A stretch of DNA of 61,604 bases, filler included, from Chiloscyllium plagiosum (Eukaryota), in assembly GCF_004010195.1 (NCBI RefSeq). It is 3 parts of one record of this genome, joined end to end, with 100 filler letters (N's around TTAATTAATTAA, not from the genome) between each part and the next. Parts side by side here need not be neighbours in the genome. Positions count along the whole stretch, not along the records: positions 43,777 to 61,604 come from NC_057710.1; 2 more parts are not named here. The stretch is one strand, 5' to 3'. Below the pieces are notes generated by a model. The model searched no databases and was not told where the DNA came from. It saw only the letters and a program-made list of their open reading frames with translations. The translations under genes and the position numbers were made by a program. Of this stretch, positions 61,314-61,604 are shown one piece after another. Within the stretch, counting starts at the first letter, position 1. Every line of letters starts with the position of its first letter.

Positions 61314-61604
61314 CTCACCTTGCCCTTCAAAGATCGTATGAGGAAAGGCTGAGGCACTTGGGGTTGTTTTCATTGGAGAAAAGAAGGTTTAGGGGTGACT
61401 TGATAGAGGTGTACAAGATGATTAGGGGTTTAGATAGGATCGACAGTGAGAATCTTTTTCCACGTGTGGAGTCAGCTATTACAAGGGGGCATAGCTTTAA
61501 ATTAAGGGGGGGTAGGTATAGGACAGATGTTAGGGGAGGTTCTTTACTCAGCGAGTCGTGAGTTCATGGAATGCCCTGCCAGTAGCAGTGGTGGACACTC
61601 CCTC
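61314..61604 (+). mobile_element. Young CR1 3' fragment running off the window
   Basis: SYEERLRHLGLFSLEKRRFRGDLIEVYKMIRGLDRID..TRGHSFKLRGGRYRTDVRG. Confidence 0.9.

Overview
Repeat-dominated vertebrate genomic DNA. The HE1-type V-SINEs and CR1, L2, Penelope and Gypsy remnants point to a cartilaginous fish, probably a shark (inference). Layout: (1) 1-15.0 kb is a diverged composite tandem macro-repeat. Each unit holds a hammerhead-bearing Penelope end, an RTE fragment, a decayed minus-strand Gypsy element and a CR1 fragment. (2) 15.0-18.1 kb is a 27-bp satellite with a 378-bp (14-monomer) higher-order repeat and an internal strand switch. (3) The rest is nested LINE/SINE debris with a 471-bp solo LTR. 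The only host gene I can support is absent from the ORF track: four minus-strand exons (28104-27413) of a fibrinogen gamma-chain (FGG)-like gene, encoding a signal peptide, CC..CPTTCG and the coiled coil. I found no canonical exon 5-10 in the window, and stop codons follow exon 4 closely. Several Penelope-type hammerhead ribozyme motifs occur, including ~90-bp insertions with target-site duplications. Two of the four N-gaps contain an artificial TTAATTAATTAA linker. Nearly all ORF-track entries are TE fragments or noise. TE boundaries are approximate and were read by eye.
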